64,000 nucleotides of DNA, taken from NCBI GenBank assembly GCA_026391215.1, contig JAPLDX010000034.1, positions 11,994 through 75,993 on the forward strand, written 5' to 3'. Positions within the stretch are counted from its first letter, which is position 1, and the number at the start of each line of letters is the position of its first letter. The position numbers and the translations under genes were made by a program. The notes beneath the pieces were generated by a model. It was not told the origin of the DNA and made no database searches. It was given only the letters and a program-made list of their open reading frames with translations. The stretch is from Bacteroidia bacterium (GTDB lineage Bacteria > Bacteroidota > Bacteroidia > Bacteroidales > VadinHA17). Shown piece after piece: positions 1-9,048 of the stretch.

Positions 1-88
1 TATACGACAAATGATTAATTTTAAAGACAGTAGCTATTACTGCTGCGAATGCAGCAATATAACCGGTGATATAAGTCGTTTTCTTCAT
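1..88 (-). CDS. Partial CDS (5' end only) of a membrane protein with a GldL-like N-terminal TM hairpin
   Basis: ATG at 88; reads MKKTTYITGYIAAFAAVIATVFKINHLSY and runs off the window; the hydrophobic stretch plus FKxxH resembles GldL-type N-termini. Confidence 0.5.
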   Translation of the reverse strand, partial: MKKTTYITGYIAAFAAVIATVFKINHLSY

Positions 89-130
89 TTTTGTGGTTTT
101 AATTTTAATTCTGCTTAAGTCAATTCTGTC

Positions 131-853
131 TTATTCATCATTCATTTTACAGCGGACAGGCAAGGCGTTCCATTTCTCAAATGTGCCCATTGTCTTGCTG
201 AGGAAGTCATAACTCAGGCCTACAATAGCTGCATTGGATGGCTTTTCTCCGGGCATAAGATTCTGAATATCTTCGGTTGATGTCCACCAGAGTGTTTTTG
301 TTCCGGGTTCATAATCCTCGCTGAATGATGATATGTACCCTGCGGGGAGAGCAGTAAAATATACTTCATTTGTTGCACCTTCATTCGGGGCTTTCCAGTG
401 TTTGGTACCCGCTTCCTTCAGCTTGGCAGGATTATCTCCTGATGCCTGGCTGCCACCGGCGTAATCCATCATATCATTCCATTCAGCTTCTGTCGGAACA
501 TGCCATCCTTTAGGACAAAGCTTGCCTGTGTTCACTGCATACCAGTTGTAAATTGCACCATAGGTTTGTGCATATTCCACTGTATTTTTAAAAAAGCCCC
601 GGGCAGGAGTTTTTATACTTTCCCACTTCGTGTTATCGTAAACTATTTCAATGGGAGTACCATCATTAAGCTTGAATGTATTCAGATTTTCAGCCATCCA
701 TACACCTGACTCTGTCATGATGATCCTGTAAACATTACCATCCAGATCCCTTATCGGCATTCCCTCGTTGGGATACTCTTCCTGTGCGTTAACATTACAG
801 GAAATGAATAACAAGATTGCAGTAAATAACCGCAACATAGAAAATCGTTTCAT
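131..853 (-). CDS. Fibrobacter succinogenes major paralogous domain (FISUMP) secreted protein
   Basis: Signal peptide; motifs DLDGNVY, WMAENL, YGAIYNWYAV, LCPKGWHVPTEAEW, FTALPAG, WWTST, VRCK. Confidence 0.9.
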   Translation of the reverse strand: MKRFSMLRLFTAILLFISCNVNAQEEYPNEGMPIRDLDGNVYRIIMTESGVWMAENLNTFKLNDGTPIEIVYDNTKWESIKTPARGFFKNTVEYAQTYGAIYNWYAVNTGKLCPKGWHVPTEAEWNDMMDYAGGSQASGDNPAKLKEAGTKHWKAPNEGATNEVYFTALPAGYISSFSEDYEPGTKTLWWTSTEDIQNLMPGEKPSNAAIVGLSYDFLSKTMGTFEKWNALPVRCKMNDE

Positions 854-887
854 AGTAGATCAATTTACAATTAATACTGATTTAAAG

Positions 888-2228
888 TTATATCCCGGCC
901 ACCACCACGTCATCAAATACAAGGCTCGGCATTCTTGCCTGGCTGTAGATCCATGGGTCGTTAGCTACTTCAACAAGCTTATTCCAGAAATTCAAATGAT
1001 TATCTGCCATATTCATCTCGGCAACATTCCGGACAAACTGTCCCTTTTCAAATAACTTCCCTATAATACCCACCGAGAAATCACCTGTAGCTGAATTAGA
1101 ATTGCCTCCTATATAGTCCGTGATATAAATACACCTTCCAAGATCCTTTATTATTTCCTCAACACTCCTGGTCCCCGACGGGATTATAATATTGGAGATT
1201 GATCCCGATGTTGGTTCCCAGCCTAATTTCCGGCTGTAATACCAGTCAACAAGGAACTCATTTACAACACCTTCTTTAAAGATGTCACGTTTTCTGGCAG
1301 GGAATCCGTCACCATCATAATATATGGAACCAAGGCCCCTCATGATAAATGGGTCATCATAAAGGGTAAACAGCTTGCTTCCTATTTTCTGGCCTTTTTT
1401 GTCGGCAAGAAATGATCTTTTTTGCTGAATGCTGCCGGCCGACATCGGACCAAGAAGACCGCCAAGCACCCTTGCAACACCACGATTCTCCAGGATAACC
1501 GGAAGCTTTGATGTCGCAATCTTTTTACCGCCCATCAGATCGAGAGTTCTTTCTGCGGCCACAGTCCCTACTTTTTCAAGCGGAGGGATATCACTCCTGT
1601 ACCTGCATCCTATGTAATTATAGCCTTCAGGACGACGGTCACCCTCATCCCGGGCCGTCATTGATGCTCCTGCCTGGAAGTAAGTACTCTTTGATGAGCC
1701 TTCAAAACCGTTACTCGATTTTATGAATTCCTCATAGGTTTCATCATGTTCCCCTGCTTCCACCGAAATAACTTTATCACCACCCTTCTGAAGACATGCT
1801 TCTTCAACAGTTTTAACAATCTGGTGTCTGCCTTCAGGTGTCAGCTGGTTATAATCGGGATCACATAGCTGAAGATCTTCTGTTGATCTTCCTTCATAGT
1901 ATTTGGGATCAGGAAGTGTGCGGAAAGGATCCTCTTCCATGATTTTAGCGCTTTCAATCACACCGGTAATGAACCCCGGAAGTGTTGATTGCCGCAAATC
2001 AGGTGTCGCCTGACTTGCGGACCTGTTATTGATGAACACTTCAAGATACAGGTTCTGCGTAGTGGCCTCTTTAATAACTTCAGGTTTACGGTCACGGTAG
2101 TTTATTTCCACCAGCCTTCTTTTTGACATACTTACCCTGCAGTCGTTTGCTCCGCTATTCTTCGTTTGGGTAATCACCCAGTCAGCAAGATCACGGAAAT
2201 TCATCTGAGTATCTTTCTTGTTTTTCAT
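888..2228 (-). CDS. tldE: TldE/PmbA family protein (non-catalytic partner of TldD)
   Basis: 446 aa; SFLADKKGQKIGS, DDP..RGLGS..DGDG, GDFSVG, PSLVFDDVVVAG; no HExxxH; ATGA overlap with tldD. Confidence 0.9.
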   Translation of the reverse strand: MKNKKDTQMNFRDLADWVITQTKNSGANDCRVSMSKRRLVEINYRDRKPEVIKEATTQNLYLEVFINNRSASQATPDLRQSTLPGFITGVIESAKIMEEDPFRTLPDPKYYEGRSTEDLQLCDPDYNQLTPEGRHQIVKTVEEACLQKGGDKVISVEAGEHDETYEEFIKSSNGFEGSSKSTYFQAGASMTARDEGDRRPEGYNYIGCRYRSDIPPLEKVGTVAAERTLDLMGGKKIATSKLPVILENRGVARVLGGLLGPMSAGSIQQKRSFLADKKGQKIGSKLFTLYDDPFIMRGLGSIYYDGDGFPARKRDIFKEGVVNEFLVDWYYSRKLGWEPTSGSISNIIIPSGTRSVEEIIKDLGRCIYITDYIGGNSNSATGDFSVGIIGKLFEKGQFVRNVAEMNMADNHLNFWNKLVEVANDPWIYSQARMPSLVFDDVVVAGI

Positions 2229-3766
2229 GACTGGCCTCCTTTCTGCTGTGTTCCGCCCACTGTGAGTGATTTAATCAAACATGTTGGCATACCGAATCCT
2301 ACCGGAACACCCTGTCCGTTTTTACCGCATTGTCCGGCTCCACCCTGGAACATTTCAAGGTCATTTGCGGCCATAATGATATTTGTCAGCATCTTTGGTC
2401 CGTTACCCATTATGTTCACGTCCTTGATTGGGGCTGTAAGCTTGCCGTTTTCAATCAGGCGGCCTTGTGAGACGTAGAAGGCAAAGTCACCTTCTCCTAT
2501 TTTTACCTGCCCGTTGCTAACATCTTCCACATATATTCCGTTGCCTGCCTGTTTAATTACATCTTCGGCAGTTGCATCTCCCCCAAGCATATAGGTATTG
2601 CGCATACGGGGCACAGGATAATTCTGGAAATCCTGTCTGCGGCCGTTACCAGTCGATTCAACTCCATAATGTTTTGCTGATATCTTGTCATGCAAATAGC
2701 TTGTAAGAATTCCATTCTCAACAAGGACGGTCTTTTTCCCGGGAGTGCCTTCATCATCAACGTTGAGACTTCCGGCAAGATTCATAATGGTTCCGTCATC
2801 TATTATGGTAACAAATGGTTCAGCAACCTTCTTGCCCAGCATAGTGCTGTATGTGGAAATATTCTTTCGGTTAAAATCAGCTTCCATGCCATGTCCGATC
2901 GCTTCATGAAGAAGTATCCCGGTTACCCCTGGTCCGAGAACGACAGGCATTTCCCCTGCGGGAGGCTGGATGGCATCAAATAATTTAAGGGTATTAGAGA
3001 CAGATTTTGTTGCTACCTCATCAACAACTTTGTCAGTATAAAACGACATATCACGAGTTCCGCCAAGATTCCAGAATGACTGCTCCTGTTTACCGTTTCT
3101 TTCGGCAACAACTGAAGCATATAAGTATCCTGAAGGAATAATATCTTCAGCCTGGACGCCATCACTGGTTACAATCATAATACGTTTTGTGGCGCTCTGA
3201 AAACCCGCACGCACTTTTACGATCTCAGGAGATAGTGCAAGACACTTTTCGTTTACGCTTTGAATTAATGGCAGCTTTAATGCGCCTGGAATACCATCAT
3301 AATCAGGAGGCAGAGGATAGTAGTTGCCAGTTTTTAACGCGGTGAATGAAGAGCCTGCCGGGGTGGCATTCATATCGCTTATAGTTGCTGCCGTGGCAGC
3401 GGCCGACATCATTGATTCCCCGGTAAGATCCTGAGTAAAGCCATAGCCTATCTGGTCGCCTTTTACAGTGCGGATACCTACTCCCAGGGATATGTCGCCA
3501 TATGACTGGTTTACCTTGCCATCTTCGAGCCCCAGGTAATTTGAAACTGTATACTCGAAATAGAGGTCGGCGAAATCACCGCCTTTGGATAATGCTTTTG
3601 CCAGTAATTTCCGGCAGAGGGCTTCATCAATCCCGAATTCTTTCAGGAAGTAGTTACCAGATAATGTTACCGGCGACTTACAGGCTTTAAGTGCGGGAAG
3701 GAAAAGCAAAGCACCGCCAGCCAGGGCAGTGCTCTGAATGAATTTTCTTCGTGGAATGGGTTTCAT
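2225..3766 (-). CDS. tldD: TldD family metalloprotease with twin-arginine (Tat) signal and possible lipobox
   Basis: GILLHEAIGHGMEAD (HExxxH), GNGRRQ..PVPRMRNT, GQCGKNGQ; N-terminus MKPIPRRKFIQS-hydrophobic-LKAC. Confidence 0.93.
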   Translation of the reverse strand: MKPIPRRKFIQSTALAGGALLFLPALKACKSPVTLSGNYFLKEFGIDEALCRKLLAKALSKGGDFADLYFEYTVSNYLGLEDGKVNQSYGDISLGVGIRTVKGDQIGYGFTQDLTGESMMSAAATAATISDMNATPAGSSFTALKTGNYYPLPPDYDGIPGALKLPLIQSVNEKCLALSPEIVKVRAGFQSATKRIMIVTSDGVQAEDIIPSGYLYASVVAERNGKQEQSFWNLGGTRDMSFYTDKVVDEVATKSVSNTLKLFDAIQPPAGEMPVVLGPGVTGILLHEAIGHGMEADFNRKNISTYSTMLGKKVAEPFVTIIDDGTIMNLAGSLNVDDEGTPGKKTVLVENGILTSYLHDKISAKHYGVESTGNGRRQDFQNYPVPRMRNTYMLGGDATAEDVIKQAGNGIYVEDVSNGQVKIGEGDFAFYVSQGRLIENGKLTAPIKDVNIMGNGPKMLTNIIMAANDLEMFQGGAGQCGKNGQGVPVGFGMPTCLIKSLTVGGTQQKGGQS

Positions 3767-3832
3767 TTTAAGTGAAATAAATTGGTAAACTAAATTATGA
3801 ATTATTCAGGATTAATATCTACGGATATGCAT

Positions 3833-5570
3833 TTATTTTGTAGATTGTGTACGGAACACTCTGTATGAATGCGGTTTAACCATGATTTCAAAACTTCGTG
3901 TCGGGTCAATCTGCCTGCTCATAAAGGGAGGAACCGGCACAACAGTACCCTGGAACGATTCACCCGATAGCAGGTCATCAATTGCACAGACTGGCTGATT
4001 AGCAATGACTTTAATAGTAACAGGCTCCGGAAGGAATGATTCCACAATAAAAGTTCCGTTATCATAACAGAACAGACTCACCTGAGAGGGCCCTTCCAGC
4101 TTAATATTGAAATCCTGTGTAGCAACGGCACGTATCCGGTTTAGTACATCAGCGGGATACTGGTACAAATCCGAAAAGTTGTCGGGAATTGTAAGCACAT
4201 AAAGGTTTGCCTTTGAATACTGTGCTCTGTGGAGAATGGGCCATCCGGTTGCGCCTTTTGTGGCTGTAATCTCCTCCCATGAGTCATTGGTAAGATAATT
4301 GATCTGAGGAATAAGGATCTCCTGGTCGGATTTGCAATTTCTGAACCATCCTGCCCTGAAATCAGTGACCAGCACCTTTCTGTCAGTGCTGGTAAGCTCT
4401 ACGATATCTTCAATACCCTTTCCATGCAAGGCTCTTAACAATCCTGAAGTGATCATAACATTTTTTCCGGACTGCAGACGATCCTTTATCTTTTGTACTA
4501 ACTGCGGATCAAATTTTGCCTAATCCAAGGAACTTGTCCAAATTTTCGAATGTCAATCCAGCAGCCCGTGCTATGGTAGTTGGAATAACTGTTTTCCCAT
4601 CAGGCAGGTTGATTGGTTTCATCATTTCGTCAAAATCGAAGCTGGTCTTATTTCCCTGCCAGGCTCCCCTGAGTTCAGGCCGGACAGGAGTTTGAAGCTG
4701 GCTGTAATCAAACATTGTAATTTCAGGAGCTTTGGCAAAAAGTGTCAACCAGAATTGTTCTGCGTACCTGTCCATATACATTGAAGCAGCAGGATCAACC
4801 CAGCCGCCTCCATTACGACCCGGGGCAATATTATCGAAATATCTTATTATCAGGTAACCCAGATATTGCTGCAGGTGCTGATCTGTGAAAACCGGATCGC
4901 GGGTTTCAGTACCGGTATAGATACCGTCAAACATGCCCGGCTGGGTTTCGAGATTAAATCCCAGACCCTGGAAATGTTCATACCAGTTTGGGTATTTGAT
5001 AACCACCTTAACCTTCGGGTTAACTGCTTTTGCAGGATCAATAACAAGTTCGCGTGCAGCTTCTGTCATAAGCTTAAGCCTGTAATCTGTCCAGCTCATT
5101 TCACCTTTAGCCTTTATGCACAAATCGCATTTACAGCTGGTAAAAAAGAAATCGTCAAGGATGAACTCGTCGAAATGCTTTGCAGTGTATTCGGCAATCT
5201 CCCTGGCTTTCTTCCGGTGTTCGGGATTAGTATAGCAAAAGGTTTCAAAGTTGTTTCTTTCATTTATGGTATAAGTAATTCCCCCGGCCACTTTAAGTCC
5301 TTTGGATTTAAAGAACTTAATGGCAGCTTCAAGGGTTTTCTCATCAACAATGATCTGATCCCGGTGGGTTTCGAGATAGATTTTATCGATTTTAACCTGC
5401 TGGCTGATAAGATTCCATGATTCCTCGAGTTTCTTCTGATCGGCCATATCCCGGACTTCGTAAGCCCTTACGTAGACCGACACAGTGAAGTTCTTATAAA
5501 ACGGAGGTCGTTGAGCGGAAACACCAGGAATGATTAATATTAAAAATATTAAACAGGAGATTTTTTTCAT
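3833..5570 (-). pseudogene. Disrupted secreted glycoside-hydrolase-like protein (TIM-barrel-like N-part plus C-part), split by a frameshift at ~4515
   Basis: ORF 4509..5576 ends DKFLGLGKI*; a different frame opens at 4519 (AKFDPQLVQKIKDRLQSGKNV) and continues into ORF 3833..4456; signal peptide, ILDDFFF and CxCxxC in the N-part. Confidence 0.7.
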
Positions 5571-5635
5571 TTCCAATAATGCTTTGTGGTATATGTTTTA
5601 TATAGCTAAAGATAAATATAATGTCCGATTGAAAC

Positions 5636-5660
5636 AAAAAAGCCGCATCATGGCGGCTTT
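5636..5660 (-). terminator. Intrinsic terminator after the periplasmic adaptor gene
   Basis: Minus strand AAAGCCGC-CATGAT-GCGGCTTT followed by a T-tract, immediately after the stop at 5667. Confidence 0.8.
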
Positions 5661-5666
5661 CTGCAT

Positions 5667-6968
5667 CTAAAGTTTGGAAAGAAGTTCTTCTCCTGTAAGC
5701 TTGAACTTCCAGGGCTCTTCAGGTTGAATGAGGTAAACAGCATCTCCCGGTTCAAGTCCGCTCGTTACAACTACATTTTTGTCATTCATCTCACCAAGGA
5801 GGACTACCTGCTTATTACCTTTTTTCGTGTAGACAAAAGTAACACTGTCGGCTCCGGTTTGAACGCATTCCGTGGGAATATATACCGCATCAGCAATAGT
5901 ATTGATTATTATTTTATTCCAGGTTGTCATTGAAGGCCTGAGCTCCATGTCAGTACCATCAATTTTAATAATCACCTCAAACATTTTTGCATCTGAATTG
6001 GGCAGTACTTCACCAATATTCGCAACATTTGTTATTATGCCTGTGTATGATTTTGACGGCAGGGCATCGATAGTAATAATTACTTTCTGACCTGTCTTTA
6101 CCTTACTTACTTCAATCTCGTTTATGTAGGTCTGAGAAAGCATTGATGTCAGATCAGGAAGAGTCGCAACAGTCCGGTCAAAAGGATTTATATCAGATCC
6201 GGCTTTTCTTTTTGTGCCATTCCAGTCTTCCTTGTAAATTAAAATTCCGTCAGAAGGAGCTATGATAGTAAATTTGGCCAGGAAATCCTGGAGAGCAGCC
6301 ACAAGTTCAGTCCCGTCGTTAAGTGCCTGTTTTGTCTGAGTGATGTCTGCCAGGGACTGAGCCTTCCTCAATGAGTAGTTTTTTTTCAGTTGTTCAAGTC
6401 CGCGCTGTGCTTTGTTAAGGCTTATCTCCGCCTGACGTATTGTTGCAGGAGGTTCATATTTAGACTCAGCCAGCGTGATCCGGGCTTCTTCAACCACAAA
6501 TTGCTGATTCTTTATTTCATCACGAAGATCAGTAAGAGTCACTGCTGTATCAAGGACCTTCATTTCAAGATTTGCCCTTAAAGTTGTAAGGTTTTCAAGT
6601 TCATCCTTCAGTGTATTATCATATTCCGTCCTGTCAAGTTGTGCAATATAGTCCCCTTTCTTCACCATGGTTCCCTCCGAAATAATATCCTGGATCTCGA
6701 AATCCATGGCATGCATCCTGCCGTGACCACCCCCAGGACCGCCTCTGAATTGTCCCTGGTTACCCATGCTGATCTCAGGGCCTTTGATATCAATTGAATT
6801 TTCAGCCAGTAACTCACCCGAATTTGCCACAGTTATTTCAAAAAGACCCCTTTTAGCCTCTGCATAAATATTTGCGCTCTTATCCTTTGAGGTAACCTTA
6901 TTGAAGATGATCAACACCAGCGTTATAACTGCCGCGACAATACCAGTAATAATAAGTGTCCTTTTCAT
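5667..6968 (-). CDS. Efflux RND/ABC periplasmic adaptor subunit (HlyD/MacA family)
   Basis: N-terminal TM; lipoyl-like EGTMVKKGDYIAQLD and IIAPSDG; coiled coil; INEIEVSKVKTGQKV, LRPSMT, SGLEPGD. Confidence 0.88.
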   Translation of the reverse strand: MKRTLIITGIVAAVITLVLIIFNKVTSKDKSANIYAEAKRGLFEITVANSGELLAENSIDIKGPEISMGNQGQFRGGPGGGHGRMHAMDFEIQDIISEGTMVKKGDYIAQLDRTEYDNTLKDELENLTTLRANLEMKVLDTAVTLTDLRDEIKNQQFVVEEARITLAESKYEPPATIRQAEISLNKAQRGLEQLKKNYSLRKAQSLADITQTKQALNDGTELVAALQDFLAKFTIIAPSDGILIYKEDWNGTKRKAGSDINPFDRTVATLPDLTSMLSQTYINEIEVSKVKTGQKVIITIDALPSKSYTGIITNVANIGEVLPNSDAKMFEVIIKIDGTDMELRPSMTTWNKIIINTIADAVYIPTECVQTGADSVTFVYTKKGNKQVVLLGEMNDKNVVVTSGLEPGDAVYLIQPEEPWKFKLTGEELLSKL

Positions 6969-7052
6969 AAGATGATAATGTTCATTGTATATCCTATAGA
7001 CAAATTTAAAATCAATTTATTCCAATGGATTTCATAATAAAAGTAATAAATA

Positions 7053-7080
7053 CAAATATATCCTATAAGTGCTATATTTG
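7053..7080. promoter_or_regulatory. Back-to-back Bacteroidota sigma-A -7 boxes (TATATTTG) for the adaptor gene (-) and hflKC (+)
   Basis: CAAATATA at 7053-7060 and TATATTTG at 7073-7080 both match TAnnTTTG. Confidence 0.6.
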
Positions 7081-7104
7081 TATAAATCCCTAAATTTTAA
7101 ATAA

Positions 7105-8079
7105 ATGGAAGACAATCAATTCAGATATGCCAAAAAATCGCAAGACTGGAAGAAATACATGTTTTATTCTAAGTATATTCTTGCCAGTATTGTCCTGATC
7201 ATCCTTCTTTGGATGACTTTCTTCCAGGTGAGGCCGGAGGAAGTCGGCGTCATCACGCGTTTCGGCAGATATATCCGCCAGGAAGAATCCGGACTTCACA
7301 TGAAGATCCCGATACTTGAAAGACTTTACAAAGTAGCTGTGGAAAGACAACAAAAGGAAGAATTTGGATTTAGAACCACCAGTTCAGGAATTAAATCACA
7401 ATATACAAAAACCGGCACAGCAGATGAATCCCTTATGCTTACAGGAGATCTTAATCTGGCTGATGTGGAGTGGGTTGTCCAATATCGTATAAACGATGCT
7501 TATAAGTTTCTATTCAAAGTCAGAGAACCGGTAAGTACCATGCGTGATATCTCGGAAGCATGCATGCGGCAGATTGTCGGCGACCGTACTGTAAATGAAG
7601 TGCTGACTGTCGGCAGAATTGAAATAGCAACCAGTGTTCAGGAGGAAATCCAGAAGTTGTGTACGGAATATTTGCTTGGCATCAAAATAGAACAGGTGGT
7701 TTTGCAGGATATAAATCCTCCTGACCTGGTGAAAGATGCCTTCAATGCTGTAAACCAGGCACAGCAGGAAAAAGAGACACTGATCAATCAGGCGAGATCG
7801 GAATACAACAAGATCATACCGAAAGCCAGCGGACAGGCAGAAGAGACCATTCAGAAAGCTGAGGGATATGCAACAGAACGTGTCAATAATGCACTTGGTG
7901 AGGCAGCACGGTTCAATGCTTTATACCGGGAGTATATTAAAGCTCCGGAGGTTACTAAAAGAAGGATTTATCTGGAAACAATGACAAGCGTTATCCCGAA
8001 ACTGGGTAATAAGATAATTACCGATGAGGGAGGAAATAATGTGTTACCGCTTCTTCAGATGCAAATGAATAATAAGTAA
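7105..8079 (+). CDS. hflK: FtsH protease modulator HflK
   Basis: SPFH domain; MLTGDLNLADVEWVVQYRI, PP..VKDAF, A.GEAARF, APEVTKRRIYLETM. Confidence 0.93.
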   Translation: MEDNQFRYAKKSQDWKKYMFYSKYILASIVLIILLWMTFFQVRPEEVGVITRFGRYIRQEESGLHMKIPILERLYKVAVERQQKEEFGFRTTSSGIKSQYTKTGTADESLMLTGDLNLADVEWVVQYRINDAYKFLFKVREPVSTMRDISEACMRQIVGDRTVNEVLTVGRIEIATSVQEEIQKLCTEYLLGIKIEQVVLQDINPPDLVKDAFNAVNQAQQEKETLINQARSEYNKIIPKASGQAEETIQKAEGYATERVNNALGEAARFNALYREYIKAPEVTKRRIYLETMTSVIPKLGNKIITDEGGNNVLPLLQMQMNNK

Positions 8080-8091
8080 AACCGGGAAATC

Positions 8092-9036
8092 ATGAAATAC
8101 ACAAAAATCATAATTCAGCTTATTATCGCGGTGGTTGCCCTAATCCTGATACTTGAAACTGTTTTTAAAGTAAAGGAAACCGAACAGGTTGTCATAACAC
8201 AGTTTGGTAAACCCATCGGGGAGGCAAAGATCACTCCCGGATTAAAGATTAAGGTTCCGTTCATACAGAAGACTAATTATTTTGAAAAAAGATATATGGA
8301 GTGGGACGGCGATCCCAACCAGGTACCAACGAAGGATAAGAAATTCATTTTTGTCGAGGCCTATGCCCGCTGGCAGATAACTGATCCCCTTCAGTTTTTT
8401 AAACGTCTTACTGATGAGCGGGGCGCGATATCAAGACTGGCGGATATTCTGGACGGAGAAACACGTGATTATATAGCAAACCATAATCTCGAAGAGGTCG
8501 TGCGGAGCGTAAACAGAGTGCCTGCATCATCCGGTTCATTTGGAGAAGAAGTCGGAGATACGCTTTCCGATATCACTGAAGGCAGACTGAAGATCCAGGA
8601 AATGATTCTTTTATCTGCAAATGAGAAAGCCAGTGATCTTGGTATCATCATACTGGACGTAAGACTGAAACGCCTTAATTATGTGACAGAAGTACAGACA
8701 CAGGTTTATGAACGAATGATAAGCGAACGGTTCCGTATTGCCGAGAAATTCAGGTCCGAGGGACAAGGTGAAGCTTCAAAGATCAACGGTGAAAGAGAAC
8801 GGGATCTGAAAACAATACAATCGGTAGCCTACCGTAAAGCTGAAGAGATACGGGGACAGGCCGATGCAAGAGCTACTGCAATCTATGCAGCTGCCTATAA
8901 CCAGTCAGCCGCCTCAAGGGATCTGTACAATTTTGTAAAATCAATGGAAACTTTTGAAAAGACGTTTGACACAACGACAACCGTCATCCTGTCTACAAAA
9001 AGTGAATTATATAAATACCTGATTGATTTTCAATAG
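8092..9036 (+). CDS. hflC: FtsH protease modulator HflC
   Basis: SPFH domain; VITQFGKP, TKDKK, VYERMISER, FRSEGQGEA; follows hflK. Confidence 0.93.
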   Translation: MKYTKIIIQLIIAVVALILILETVFKVKETEQVVITQFGKPIGEAKITPGLKIKVPFIQKTNYFEKRYMEWDGDPNQVPTKDKKFIFVEAYARWQITDPLQFFKRLTDERGAISRLADILDGETRDYIANHNLEEVVRSVNRVPASSGSFGEEVGDTLSDITEGRLKIQEMILLSANEKASDLGIIILDVRLKRLNYVTEVQTQVYERMISERFRIAEKFRSEGQGEASKINGERERDLKTIQSVAYRKAEEIRGQADARATAIYAAAYNQSAASRDLYNFVKSMETFEKTFDTTTTVILSTKSELYKYLIDFQ

Positions 9037-9048
9037 AAAGAGAATTCT

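Noticed and set aside
4509-4523. Programmed ribosomal frameshift joining the two GH-like ORFs
   Set aside because: There is no convincing slippery heptamer with a downstream structure; a deletion or assembly error is more parsimonious
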